From: a bacterium
GTDB taxonomy: Bacteria; Patescibacteriota; Minisyncoccia; UBA6257; JAGOQP01
Reading direction: 5' to 3'
Assembly (NCBI GenBank): GCA_021814695.1
Contig: JAKAHY010000002.1
Span: 8,920-72,919 of the forward strand
Length of the DNA: 64,000 nucleotides
Position 1 is the stretch's first letter; each line of letters starts with the position of its first letter. Below are positions 40,255-49,569 of this stretch, piece by piece. Both the position numbers and the translations under genes were made by a program. The notes below the pieces were generated by a model. It worked only from the letters and a program-made list of their open reading frames with translations. It made no database searches and was not told the DNA's origin.

Positions 40255-41457
40255 ATGAAAAAACCAACCCTATCGGAACTTTTTAAAACAGCTCTTTATA
40301 TAGGTGCTATCGGCTACGGCGGAGCAGCAAATTTGGCACTGATGAAAAAGACCTTTGTACATGAAAAGGAATGGATCTCAGAAAAGGATTTTATGGAAGC
40401 GCTTAGTTTATCGCAGATTATTCCAGGTTCTACGGGGGTTAGTTTGATGGGAAATATTGGATTTAGATTTCACCGCATATTGGGTGGCATTTTAATCCCA
40501 CTTGCATTTATGTTCCCGGCAACTATCGCGATTCTTATTCTTTCGTGGGCATATTTTTATTTTGGCAACACTTCATTTGTTCAGTCGTTATTTCTCGGTT
40601 TGGGCGCGCTGGTAGTAGCGCTTCTGGTTAATGCGACGTGGATGTTGGGTAAATCGGTTTTTAAAAAGGTATCTATTAATGATTGGAAAGGTTTCTTTAT
40701 TACTATAATTACCTTTGTTGGTGTTTTTTTTATTAAGGTTAATGTGATTTATCTTATTCTAACCGCTGGATTGTTGGGTTTTGTATTTTATTATTTTACT
40801 AAAGAATTTGAAGGTGAAAAGACAAAAGAGGGAAAATCAATTTTATCCGAACCGACGATATCGGCATGGAAATTAATGAGTGTTGAAGATTGGGGTGCGT
40901 TGTCCATATTACTCATTCTTGTTGTTATTGGATTTATCTTTCCATTAGTTAGTAAATTGTTTGCGACATTCGTTAAAATCGGGCTCTTTGCTTTTGGTGG
41001 AGGATTTGCGGTTATCCCTCTTATTCAGAATCAGGTTGTTGCCGTTCATGGCTGGATGACCACTAAAGAATTTATCGACGGAATCGCGCTGGGACAAGTA
41101 ACGCCGGGACCGGTATTGGTAACCGCAACGTTTGTGGGGTATCGCGTGGCCGGAATTTTGGGTGCGCTGTTTTCTACATTGGCTATATTTTTGATTCCGA
41201 TTCTTTCAGTGATCGCTCTCGCCGATATTCATGCAAAAGTCCGTAATTTAAAAGCGGTAAAAGTTGTCGTAAAGGGATTTTTGTCTGGTTTTATTGGATT
41301 ATTGATTGCCATAACTTTACAATTTGCCTCCAAATCTTTATTGGGTTGGCAAACGTGGCTAATTTTTATCGCGTCATTGGTGTGGATCATGTATTTAAAA
41401 AAAGATTCCATTTGGGCGATATTGGGAACGATCGCGCTATCGTTATTAATATTTTAA
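40255..41457 (+). CDS. chrA: Chromate transporter (ChrA, CHR family, two-domain form)
   Basis: Duplicated CHR halves: GYGGAANLALMKKTFVHEKEWISEKDF... and FGGGFAVIPLIQNQVVAVHGWMTTKEF... Confidence 0.85.
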   Translation: MKKPTLSELFKTALYIGAIGYGGAANLALMKKTFVHEKEWISEKDFMEALSLSQIIPGSTGVSLMGNIGFRFHRILGGILIPLAFMFPATIAILILSWAYFYFGNTSFVQSLFLGLGALVVALLVNATWMLGKSVFKKVSINDWKGFFITIITFVGVFFIKVNVIYLILTAGLLGFVFYYFTKEFEGEKTKEGKSILSEPTISAWKLMSVEDWGALSILLILVVIGFIFPLVSKLFATFVKIGLFAFGGGFAVIPLIQNQVVAVHGWMTTKEFIDGIALGQVTPGPVLVTATFVGYRVAGILGALFSTLAIFLIPILSVIALADIHAKVRNLKAVKVVVKGFLSGFIGLLIAITLQFASKSLLGWQTWLIFIASLVWIMYLKKDSIWAILGTIALSLLIF

Positions 41458-41467
41458 AAATAATTTT

Positions 41468-42436
41468 ATGGACATTTTTTATCCTTTACAGGCGCTTGCC
41501 GATTGGCTGACTTATTCGGTTTTCGGTATTATTCCCAAAACGCTTCTGGCCAGCGCGGTAAATTTTTTTATTTTTGACACGACAAAGATATTAGTTCTTT
41601 TGTCGGTGATTATATTTTTTGTTTCAATTATCCGCTCATATCTGCCACCGGAAAAAATCAGGGCTGTTTTGGCACACAAAAATGAATTTGTTGGGAATAT
41701 TTTAGCGTCTCTCTTGGGGATAATTACTCCGTTTTGTTCCTGCTCGGCCATCCCGCTTTTTTTGGGATTTGTTCAGGCTGGAGTTCCATTGGGGACAACT
41801 TTTTCTTTTTTGGTTTCTTCGCCTATGGTCAACGAGGTGGCCTTGGTAATGCTTCTTGGACTTTTTGGCTGGAAAATTGCCCTAATTTATATTATCAGCG
41901 GACTGATTATTGCCATTTTTTCCGGAATTGTTATTGGAAAAATGAAAATGGAAAATTTAGTTGAGCCATTTGTTTATCAGAACGCTCTTAGTGGTGACAG
42001 CATTGATTTTCCGAGAATGTCTTGTAAGGAAAGAATAATTTACGCCAAAGATTACACGTTGGATATTTTAAAAAAAGTTTGGTTGTATGTTTTAATCGGT
42101 ATTGGTATGGGAGCTTGGATACATGGTTATGTGCCAGCAGATTTTTTGGCACAATACGCCGGATCGGGAAAGTGGTATGCAGTTCCATTGGCGGTACTGA
42201 TTGGCATTCCGCTTTATTCCAATGCCGCCGGAGTAATTCCACTGGTTAGTGCTTTAACCGAAAAAGGAGTGGCAATGGGAACAACGTTGGCTTTCATGAT
42301 GTCGGTAACGGCACTTTCGTTGCCGGAGTTTATGATTTTAAAAAAAGTTATGAAAGTCAGGTTAATTTTGATTTTTGCTGGAATTGTTGGTATTGGAATT
42401 ATGCTCATCGGATTTTTGTTTAACTGGATTTTGTAA
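41468..42436 (+). CDS. Predicted permease (DUF318/COG0701 family, often linked to ArsR and thioredoxin-like genes)
   Basis: ITPFCSCSAIPLFLGF motif; 8-TM inverted-repeat topology. Confidence 0.7.
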   Translation: MDIFYPLQALADWLTYSVFGIIPKTLLASAVNFFIFDTTKILVLLSVIIFFVSIIRSYLPPEKIRAVLAHKNEFVGNILASLLGIITPFCSCSAIPLFLGFVQAGVPLGTTFSFLVSSPMVNEVALVMLLGLFGWKIALIYIISGLIIAIFSGIVIGKMKMENLVEPFVYQNALSGDSIDFPRMSCKERIIYAKDYTLDILKKVWLYVLIGIGMGAWIHGYVPADFLAQYAGSGKWYAVPLAVLIGIPLYSNAAGVIPLVSALTEKGVAMGTTLAFMMSVTALSLPEFMILKKVMKVRLILIFAGIVGIGIMLIGFLFNWIL

Positions 42437-42519
42437 TTTAATTAAATTTTAAACCCTTGCCAGTCGTTCATTTTTGACGTATTGTTTGGTTAGTATTTTT
42501 CAAACGAAAGGAGACAATA

Positions 42520-43005
42520 ATGGACGCCGACGATGTTGTTATCAATGATAGTATGGAAGTCGTTTATGAAGATGATTATCACATCAAGAAATGCCCGACT
42601 GATGGATTTATCCAATTCAGCGAAGTGGTTGAATTAGAAGACCAGAAAATTTACAGATCGGTTCTTTTGGATGAATCTAAAAAAGAGATAGCGGTCGGAT
42701 TTTTCCACCGTTCGGAAATTAAACCATTTGATGCGGTTTATGTAAAAATCATGGACGAAAAAAAGGGTGGATATTTGGTTTATTACAATGCCACATCCCA
42801 AAGCTATGGGTTTATGCAGGGGGGCGCTGTCTGGATTCCCAAGGATTTGTTATCGGTAATGACAAATCGCACAATCAGAGGTATTGTCGATGGCAGAATG
42901 GTAACTCTCAAGTGCAAATGCGGGGAAGAACTGGTGATGGCTGCTGGCCTGCCGAGAACTTTGGCCGCGTGTCCCAAGTGCAAACGTGCTGATCATGTTG
43001 TTTAA
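42520..43005 (+). CDS. Hypothetical protein with C-terminal zinc ribbon
   Basis: SD GAAAGGAG; C-terminal CKCG...CPKCK. Confidence 0.55.
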   Translation: MDADDVVINDSMEVVYEDDYHIKKCPTDGFIQFSEVVELEDQKIYRSVLLDESKKEIAVGFFHRSEIKPFDAVYVKIMDEKKGGYLVYYNATSQSYGFMQGGAVWIPKDLLSVMTNRTIRGIVDGRMVTLKCKCGEELVMAAGLPRTLAACPKCKRADHVV

Positions 43006-43053
43006 TTAATATATTTTTGGGCGCGAAGCGCCCTTTTTTGTTACAATAAAATA

Positions 43054-43938
43054 ATGAGAAAAACATTTTATATTATCTTAATCATACTGCCGGTTGTATT
43101 CGCAGTAGCCATTTATTTATTTTCAAGAAGTTCCACTTCAAAAGAAAGCGGATTAAAAATAGCGACGACTATTTTCCCTGTTTTTGACATCGCAAGAAAT
43201 ATTGTTGGCGATAAAATTCAGGTTATTCAGGTAGTTCCTCCGGGAGCCAGTCCGCATACTTTTGAGGTAACTCCCCAAACGGCATTGGAACTGCAAGGCG
43301 TCAAGGCGATATTTAAAATAGGAAATGGGCTTGATGACTGGATTGACGGCGTTGCCCAAAGCGGCGCCCCAAACGCTCGGATTTTTACGCTCTCGCAAGG
43401 AATAGATTTGAGGAAATTTTCAGACGGCAGTGTTGATCCTCACTACTGGCTGGCGTTAAATAATGCGCAAATAATCGCTCAAAATATTTTTCAGGATGTT
43501 TTGGAAATTGATCCTGCCAATAAAGATTATTATCAATCTAATCTGGATGCTTACTTGAAAAAACTTGATACTGCCGACAAAAAGATATCGGCAACTTTGG
43601 CCGACGTTTCTCAAAAAAACATCGCCACTTTCCATGATGCTTGGTATTATTTTGCCCAAAGATATGGACTTAACGTTATCACCGCTTTTGAGCCGTTTCC
43701 CGGAAAAGAACCCACCCCCCAATATCTTTCGCAATTTATAAACGATATAAAAAAATATAATTTGAAAGTTGTTTTTATAGAACCTCAATTTTCGTCTCAA
43801 AGTTTGGAACAAATCGCTAAAGACCAGGGAGTTAATTTGGTCTTAATCAATCCGGCTGATGGCGGAGCTTCGGGAAATGACGATTTGATAACGCTGCTTG
43901 AAAATGATGCTCAAATAATGGCTTCCGTGCTAAAATAG
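43054..43938 (+). CDS. znuA: Zinc/manganese ABC transporter substrate-binding protein
   Basis: TroA-like: TTIFPVFDIARNIVGDKI..V..PGASPHTFE, DPHYWL, FHDAWYYF. Confidence 0.85.
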   Translation: MRKTFYIILIILPVVFAVAIYLFSRSSTSKESGLKIATTIFPVFDIARNIVGDKIQVIQVVPPGASPHTFEVTPQTALELQGVKAIFKIGNGLDDWIDGVAQSGAPNARIFTLSQGIDLRKFSDGSVDPHYWLALNNAQIIAQNIFQDVLEIDPANKDYYQSNLDAYLKKLDTADKKISATLADVSQKNIATFHDAWYYFAQRYGLNVITAFEPFPGKEPTPQYLSQFINDIKKYNLKVVFIEPQFSSQSLEQIAKDQGVNLVLINPADGGASGNDDLITLLENDAQIMASVLK

Positions 43939-43942
43939 AAAA

Positions 43943-44653
43943 ATGGATCCGCTACTGGATGTTAAAAATTTATCGGTAAAATTTGGTGATGTTTCCGTCT
44001 TGGAAAACGTCAATTTTTCTTTGAACAAGGGAGATATCTTGACGATTATCGGTCCTAACGGAGCCGGCAAAACGGTATTGGTAAAATCCATACTCGGATT
44101 AATTAGTCACGAGGGAATAGTTGAATTTAACGGCCGACCGGTTTTGTCCCAACTTTCAAAAATAGGTTATGTTCCTCAGCGGCTTGATTTTGACCGGACA
44201 TTTCCGATTACCGCCAAAGAATTACTGGATTTGGTTTCAAAAAAAACAACTTCCGAAGAAACAAAAACCGTTTGTCAGCATCTTGAAATAGAAAATATTC
44301 TTTCAAAAAAGATTGGAACGCTTTCAGGTGGTCAAATGCAAAGAGTTTTAATCGCTCGGGCGGTTATGGGTGGTCCCGAACTTTTGATTATGGATGAGCC
44401 GACGGCGGGAGTGGATATCGGCGGCGTTAAAAATTTTTACGACATAGTCGGTCATTTAAACAAAGAACACGGGATGACGATTATATTAATATCCCATGAA
44501 ATAAATATGGTCTATTCGCTGGCAAGCAAGGTTTTGTGTTTGAATAAACAAATGCTTTGCGTTGGAACTCCCAAGCAGGCGATTACCAGAAAAATTTTGG
44601 ATAAGCTTTATGGAGGAAGTGTCGGCCCCAGGGAACATAATCACTTAAATTAG
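43943..44653 (+). CDS. znuC: Metal ABC transporter ATP-binding protein
   Basis: Walker A GPNGAGKT; signature LSGGQMQRV; Walker B LLIMDEP. Confidence 0.9.
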   Translation: MDPLLDVKNLSVKFGDVSVLENVNFSLNKGDILTIIGPNGAGKTVLVKSILGLISHEGIVEFNGRPVLSQLSKIGYVPQRLDFDRTFPITAKELLDLVSKKTTSEETKTVCQHLEIENILSKKIGTLSGGQMQRVLIARAVMGGPELLIMDEPTAGVDIGGVKNFYDIVGHLNKEHGMTIILISHEINMVYSLASKVLCLNKQMLCVGTPKQAITRKILDKLYGGSVGPREHNHLN

Positions 44654-44677
44654 CAAGCAATAATCGATATTCGATAA

Positions 44678-45487
44678 ATGGAAAACATAATCAATCTAAT
44701 TTCATATCCGTTTGTTTTGAGGGCAATATTTGCCGGAATTGTTACTGCGGCACTGCTGGCTTTCTTAGGGGTTTTTGTGGTGTTAAGAAAAATGTCTTTT
44801 TACAGCGACGGTATCGCGCATGCGTCTTTGGCCGGAGTGGCGGCGGGAATTTTGCTTTCCAGCCAGCCGCTTTTGTGGGCAATGATTGTTGGAATTATTT
44901 TTGCGATTTTGGTTTTTTGGCTGGAAAAAAGAACTTCGGTTTCGGTTGATGCGATTATCGGAGTTTTGTTTACCGCTAGTTTGGCCTTGGGTGTGGTTTT
45001 GATGAATTTCAAATCGGGATATCAGCCAGATTTAATCAGTTTTCTTTTTGGAAATATTCTGACGATTCAATATTCGGATATCTGGCTTATTTTAATTATC
45101 GCTTTAATTACCGGAATTTTTATGACAATTAATTACAAAAAATATTTGCTTTTATCGTTAAATAAGGACTTGGCTTATCTTTCGGGAATAAATCTTTCTT
45201 TATATCAATTGTTGTTTTATATCGCCTTATCGGTTTCGGTTATTTTGGGAATAAAAATTGTAGGAGTGGTTTTGGTTAGTGCTTTAGTGATTATTCCCGT
45301 TTCTATCGCGAAACTTTTTTCGGTCTCAGCAAAGTCCTTGGTAGTTTGGAGCATTGTCTTATCGGAAATAATTATGCTTTTAGGCGTAATGCTGTCTTTA
45401 ATATTTAATTTGCCTACCGGAGCGACAATCGTTCTTGTTGGAGCAGTTATATTTTTTGGAGGAGTTTTAATTTTAAAAAAATTATAA
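44678..45487 (+). CDS. znuB: Metal ABC transporter permease
   Basis: ABC-3 family, 8 TM. Confidence 0.9.
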   Translation: MENIINLISYPFVLRAIFAGIVTAALLAFLGVFVVLRKMSFYSDGIAHASLAGVAAGILLSSQPLLWAMIVGIIFAILVFWLEKRTSVSVDAIIGVLFTASLALGVVLMNFKSGYQPDLISFLFGNILTIQYSDIWLILIIALITGIFMTINYKKYLLLSLNKDLAYLSGINLSLYQLLFYIALSVSVILGIKIVGVVLVSALVIIPVSIAKLFSVSAKSLVVWSIVLSEIIMLLGVMLSLIFNLPTGATIVLVGAVIFFGGVLILKKL

Positions 45488-45539
45488 TTTTAACCGGCTG
45501 GAAATGCCGGAGCACAAGTGTATAATCAAGTTAATTTTT

Positions 45540-46055
45540 ATGAATAAGAAAAAATTTTTACCGGCAGCTATAGTGGCTTTTTTTGTGGGAATTTTCTGGG
45601 CATTTCCCGCTCAAGCCGTATGTCCCGTTTGCACCGTTGCCGTTGGGGCGGGCGTGGGATTGGCGAGGTATCTTGGAGTTGACGATACAATTACCGGAAC
45701 TTGGATAGGAGGATTAATGATTTCGTTAATATTTTGGACTCTCAGTTGGTTTGATAAAAAAAAGATATTCTTTAAAGGCAAAGTCGCACTAACGGTAGTC
45801 TTGTATTACGGATTGGTTGTCGTTCCTCTCGTCTGGATAGATGTCATTGGCCACCCTCTCAATAAATTATGGGGTTTTGACAAATTATTGCTTGGGATAA
45901 CATTCGGCAGCGCGGTATTTCTCGCGGCGAATTATTTGTACGAAATATTAAAAAGAAAAAACGGAGGGAGGGCTTGGTTTCCATTCCAAAAAATAATTAT
46001 GCCTGTTTTAGCTCTTATAATAACAAGCGGAATATTTTATTTTATAACCAAATAA
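45540..46055 (+). CDS. Membrane protein, hypothetical (signal peptide plus 4 TM); the ORF track starts at 45504
   Basis: MNKKKFLPAAIVAFFVGIFWAFPAQA signal-like N-terminus. Confidence 0.55.
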   Translation: MNKKKFLPAAIVAFFVGIFWAFPAQAVCPVCTVAVGAGVGLARYLGVDDTITGTWIGGLMISLIFWTLSWFDKKKIFFKGKVALTVVLYYGLVVVPLVWIDVIGHPLNKLWGFDKLLLGITFGSAVFLAANYLYEILKRKNGGRAWFPFQKIIMPVLALIITSGIFYFITK

Positions 46056-46059
46056 ATCT

Positions 46060-46590
46060 ATGAATAATCCGATAAAAAACGTTGACGAGTTCATAAAAAA
46101 AGTCGGTGAAATGAAAAAACAAGACAAGTTCGATTTGTCTTCGGACGAAGACCTGTCTATTGCGGTCATGAATCTGGTTAGTATAGAGGAGCATTTTTTC
46201 TTTACGGCCGAGAAAACCGGCAGGAGTGAATATTTTGACCTGCTCAAGGAGGTGAGAGAAATGCGCAAAGAACTCCTTAAGAAATTAATAAAAGAATATG
46301 AAGGCGAAGTCTGGTGTATTTCAAAACATTTATTGGCTGCTTCTATGCGATTAATGGAGGTTGGCACAAAACAGCTTGGGGCCGGAAATAAAAAGGAGGC
46401 AAGAGAACTTTTTGAAAAGGCCTACAATCTTTATTCGTTGTTCTGGGGAGTAAATATGAAATTAATCGGTTCCAAGGATTTGAAAAAAATAGACGATAAC
46501 GCCTTAAATCGTCATGATTCCAAAAAAAGCGGATTCATGGGCAAACTAGGAGAATTGGTCAAAAAAGCGATTGATTGTTGCATTGAATAA
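46060..46590 (+). CDS. Hypothetical cytoplasmic protein
   Basis: ORF with reasonable codon usage; no recognised motif. Confidence 0.5.
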   Translation: MNNPIKNVDEFIKKVGEMKKQDKFDLSSDEDLSIAVMNLVSIEEHFFFTAEKTGRSEYFDLLKEVREMRKELLKKLIKEYEGEVWCISKHLLAASMRLMEVGTKQLGAGNKKEARELFEKAYNLYSLFWGVNMKLIGSKDLKKIDDNALNRHDSKKSGFMGKLGELVKKAIDCCIE

Positions 46591-46672
46591 AACCTCCAGT
46601 GAGTAGCCACAGATAAATACGGATTAAACAGATTTATGCGGATAATAAAAAAGAGTCGCTAACAGCGATTCT

Positions 46673-46993
46673 TTATTTTTTGGATTTATTTGCGGCTCGG
46701 CGCAGCTGCCAATTGATGTGACGGTAAAAACGGGGAAGGTGCTTACGATCAGTTGCGCGAAGCAAGGATTCCAACCCCCGTTTATCAAGAGACAATCCCA
46801 AGCATCTGAATTTATTCAGCAAAGCGGCATCTTCCTTATAGCCGCACGGATAAAAATTTAATACGCGCTTGAATTGTTTAAATGTTTCAACAAGTTCAAT
46901 GAGCCGTATGATTCTTGGGTCGTTTTTGTCCAATAACGGGATTTGGCTTGTGTGGATATTGCGCAGTTGTTTTCCGAAGGCAGTAGGAACCAC
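46673..46993 (-). CDS. Hypothetical basic protein (106 aa)
   Basis: ORF in the higher-GC islet; no recognised motif. Confidence 0.45.
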   Translation of the reverse strand: MVPTAFGKQLRNIHTSQIPLLDKNDPRIIRLIELVETFKQFKRVLNFYPCGYKEDAALLNKFRCLGLSLDKRGLESLLRATDRKHLPRFYRHINWQLRRAANKSKK

Positions 46994-47125
46994 AAGACCT
47001 CCTTGTGATAAGTTCTAACGGGTAGTATCTGATATTTTTGGATATGAATCAAGTATTTGGTCCAATTGTTTATCGGGATAATTATTGACATTATTCTTTT
47101 ATAGTGGTATAAAATAATCAGCAGC

Positions 47126-47791
47126 TTGATTCAAATACGGCTGCGGAAAAGGACGGACATACACATGTCCGAAGAAGCTATCCGCATCAGCAACACCGCA
47201 GGGATTTTTCTGGTTATTCTTCCATCTTCAGGCGAGACGGAAGTGAAGACGGTATTGGTATTGGGAAAGTCTGAATTGGTAGAGCAGAGCAACGGCACTG
47301 TTTTTTCCAAGCCGCGCATGTGGGGATTGCCCAAGGGAAGGATGAAGTCCGATACGGATGAAGACGTTGTCACAACCGCCCTCCGAGAGTTTCAGGAGGA
47401 AACCGGAATCACCGAGATTTCCAAGGGTATGATCAATTGGGAGTTGTCCGTAACGGAGAAGGAATGTTCACTCCGTCCGGGCTCAGACGAACATCACAAG
47501 ACGTTTTTCCTGGTGGTTATGAAGAAAACGCCCAAGATCGGAATTCCTGTCGATCCCAAGATTGAGAAAGCCCAGATTTTTTCCATCAGCGAACTTCCCA
47601 TCACGGGCGGAACAAAGTTGGCCAAAAGTCATGCTCGGGCCATGAGCGCACTTCTGGAAAAGTGCCGGCCACAGCTTTTGGCAGAAGGCGTCCATCCCAT
47701 GGTTTTGGCTATGTGCGAGGTAGGCCTGTCCCACAAGCCGGGAGAAAATAAACCCGATGACGAAAAGAACAATTTCCGCAATCAGCGGTAA
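47126..47791 (+). CDS. NUDIX hydrolase
   Basis: Nudix box GLPKGRMKSDTDEDVVTTALREFQEETGI; about 52% GC; the start may be the internal Met at 47165. Confidence 0.8.
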   Translation: MIQIRLRKRTDIHMSEEAIRISNTAGIFLVILPSSGETEVKTVLVLGKSELVEQSNGTVFSKPRMWGLPKGRMKSDTDEDVVTTALREFQEETGITEISKGMINWELSVTEKECSLRPGSDEHHKTFFLVVMKKTPKIGIPVDPKIEKAQIFSISELPITGGTKLAKSHARAMSALLEKCRPQLLAEGVHPMVLAMCEVGLSHKPGENKPDDEKNNFRNQR

Positions 47792-47792
47792 C

Positions 47793-47819
47793 TCCGAGCA
47801 TGTCTCGGAGATTTTTTTA
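47793..47819 (+). terminator. Rho-independent terminator
   Basis: CTCCGAGcatgtCTCGGAGattttttt. Confidence 0.7.
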
Positions 47820-47832
47820 ATCAAAAAATAAT

Positions 47833-47960
47833 ATTTGAAAATATCCCGACAAGTGAGGGGATTTTGTATAGTCCTTCTTCGCATAAAGCTTCGAAGGACA
47901 CTTTTCGTCTGGCTTGCACTTCGTAGCTCGCCAGGGCGAAGAAGTGAGCGGGTAAGGGGA
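47833..47960. repeat. Direct repeat copy a (about 128 bp): tRNA-Gly(TCC) downstream flank plus the 16-nt tRNA 3' end
   Basis: Near-identical to 48061..48188 (offset 228 bp); ends in ..GTGAGCGGGTAAGGGGA, the reverse complement of the tRNA 3' end. Confidence 0.8.
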
Positions 47961-48061
47961 AGTCTTACGCTCACCCCCGACCCCCGCTTAAGAAACCTTC
48001 GGGTTTCTTACGTCCCTATTTTCCAACACGGGGGTTCGCATTCGACTCCCAAACTCACCCA
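47961..48061 (-). repeat. Divergent copy (E5) of the tRNA-trailer element between the two direct repeats
   Basis: Minus strand GGGAGTCGAATGCGAACCCCCGTGTTGGAAAATAGG-GACGTAAGAAACCcgaagGGTTTCTTAAG-CGGGGGTCGGGGGTGAGCGTAAGACTTCCCC followed by TTACCCGCTCA. Confidence 0.45.
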
Positions 48062-48188
48062 CAAAAAAATATCCCGACAAGTGAGGGGATTTTGTATAGT
48101 CCTTCTTCGCATAAAGCTTCGAAGGACACTTTTCGTCTGGCTTGCACTTCGTAGCTCGCCAGGGCGAAGAAGTGAGCGGGTAAGGGGA
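48061..48188. repeat. Direct repeat copy b (overlaps the 3' end of the intact tRNA-Gly(TCC))
   Basis: See copy a. Confidence 0.8.
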
Positions 48189-48245
48189 GTCGGACCCCTC
48201 TCATCAGCTTGGAAAGCTGAGGTAATACCGATATACGATACCCGC
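48175..48245 (-). tRNA. tRNA-Gly (TCC)
   Basis: Minus strand GCGGGTA-TC-GTAT..-TCAGC-TTTCCAA-GCTGA-TGAG-AGGGG-TCCGACT-CCCCT-TACCCGC-T. Confidence 0.85.
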
Positions 48246-48307
48246 TTAATGTGAATAAAGGTAACAAATTTTCTTGATTTTTTCAATAACTCAGGTAATC
48301 TGAGCGT

Positions 48308-48922
48308 ATGTTTTTGGACAGGTTCGATAGATTGCCTAAAAAAATTAGAAGGACCGCATGGGTTGTTATCGGATTGGTGGTTTTGATGTTGATTGCATAT
48401 TTGGCGTGGAGTTACTTCGGTTCCCATGTGCCGGGAGATTTCAACGAGGCCAGGATAGCGGCGTCCGTGGAAGCTAAAACGATTGCCGATACCCTGAAAG
48501 ATTCTCCTGAGAATCTTCAAAAAATACAACAACTTCAGGAAAAGTGGAAAGACGATCAGGCGCTGACACTTTTGGTTGCGGAGTTCCAAAAAAACCAGGC
48601 AGCCAGAGATGCATCGGTTAAACTTGCGGGAGAACTGGAAAGAATGGCTCAGGCCATTCCCGACATTCGTCCCAAAAAATCCGCCGAAAATGCTTTAGTT
48701 GCAATAACTACCGAAACTCAGTTGATTTATAAACTGGTCTCGTTTAATGATGATATGAGTCAGTTGCTTAAGTTGATGCAGGATAAAATTACGAATAAAA
48801 TCTACGGGGTGGATAAAGTAAATCAATTAGTGGATGCCATTAATTCCGAAGTCGATTCGATAAATCAGCTCAATAATCAGTTTGAAGATTATCTGAAAAC
48901 GTTTGACGGGTCGTTTAATTAA
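48308..48922 (+). CDS. Membrane-anchored coiled-coil hypothetical protein
   Basis: N-terminal TM RRTAWVVIGLVVLMLIAYLAW; helical remainder. Confidence 0.6.
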   Translation: MFLDRFDRLPKKIRRTAWVVIGLVVLMLIAYLAWSYFGSHVPGDFNEARIAASVEAKTIADTLKDSPENLQKIQQLQEKWKDDQALTLLVAEFQKNQAARDASVKLAGELERMAQAIPDIRPKKSAENALVAITTETQLIYKLVSFNDDMSQLLKLMQDKITNKIYGVDKVNQLVDAINSEVDSINQLNNQFEDYLKTFDGSFN

Positions 48923-48941
48923 TTTAGGTTTTTATAAAATT

Positions 48942-49014
48942 GGGCCGTTAGCTTAGTTGGTAGAGCGCCTCGTTTGCAACGAGGAGGTCACCGGTTCGAA
49001 TCCGGTACGGTCCA
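48942..49014 (+). tRNA. tRNA-Ala (TGC)
   Basis: GGGCCGT (G3·U70)-TA-GCTT-AGTTGGTA-GAGC-G-CCTCG-TTTGCAA-CGAGG-AGGTC-ACCGG-TTCGAAT-CCGGT-ACGGTCC-A. Confidence 0.9.
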
Positions 49015-49020
49015 CATAAC

Positions 49021-49047
49021 AAAAAAATTGCCTAGCGCAATTTTTTT
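49021..49047. terminator. Hairpin terminator after tRNA-Ala
   Basis: AAAAAAATTGCctagcGCAATTTTTTT. Confidence 0.55.
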
Positions 49048-49054
49048 GTTATGA

Positions 49055-49184
49055 TGAATCAGGGTCGGTTTGAATATTTAGGGGTCGGGGTATTTGTAAA
49101 TACCCCGAGTAAGAAAATTTGAGAAACCGTGGGTTTCTCACGAACGAATGAAATGAGTGAGGTGAGATTCCGGTACGGTCCACA
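49055..49184 (+). repeat. tRNA-trailer structured element, copy E6, fused to a duplicate of the tRNA-Ala(TGC) 3' end
   Basis: GGTTTGAATATTTAG-GGGTCGGGGTATTTgtaAATACCCCGAGTAAGAAAAT-TTGAGAAACCgtgGGTTTCTCA-CGAACGAATGAAATGAGTGAG-GTGAGATTCC-GGTACGGTCCACA. Confidence 0.6.
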
Positions 49185-49188
49185 AAAT

Positions 49189-49500
49189 ATGAAAAAATCA
49201 GAATATCTTTTGAGAAGTTTTATAAATGCGGCTGGAGTATTTGTTTATGTAGCATTGATTGCCTGGCTGGGTTTTAACAGCAAAACAATTTTTGGAGAAG
49301 CTCCAAGTTTTATTGCGCCATTGTTTATGCTTCTTTTGTTTGTCGTGTCGGCTTGTATAACGGGCCTATTGGTCTTGGGTAAGCCAATTCTTATGTATTT
49401 GAACAATCAGAGAAGAGAGGCCATTGTTTTATTTTCGGTTACTCTTAGCTGGCTCGTATTGTTTTTGGCGATTATCGCGACTGCTCTTGCCTTAAGATAA
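49189..49500 (+). CDS. Small membrane protein (3 TM); the ORF track's longer ORF (49129) runs through the repeat element
   Basis: MKKSEYLLRSFINAAGVFVYVALIAWLGF... Confidence 0.55.
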   Translation: MKKSEYLLRSFINAAGVFVYVALIAWLGFNSKTIFGEAPSFIAPLFMLLLFVVSACITGLLVLGKPILMYLNNQRREAIVLFSVTLSWLVLFLAIIATALALR

Positions 49501-49569
49501 ATTAATATAGAAGGCGGTTAATTTGCATTTGGAAAAAAGTGCGCTATTTTATAACCAGAACGCAAAGAG

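Noticed and set aside
47835-48589. ORFs 47835..48254 (+) and 48008..48589 (-) with internally repeated peptide
   Set aside because: They are artefacts of the 228-bp tandem duplication and overlap tRNA-Gly(TCC).
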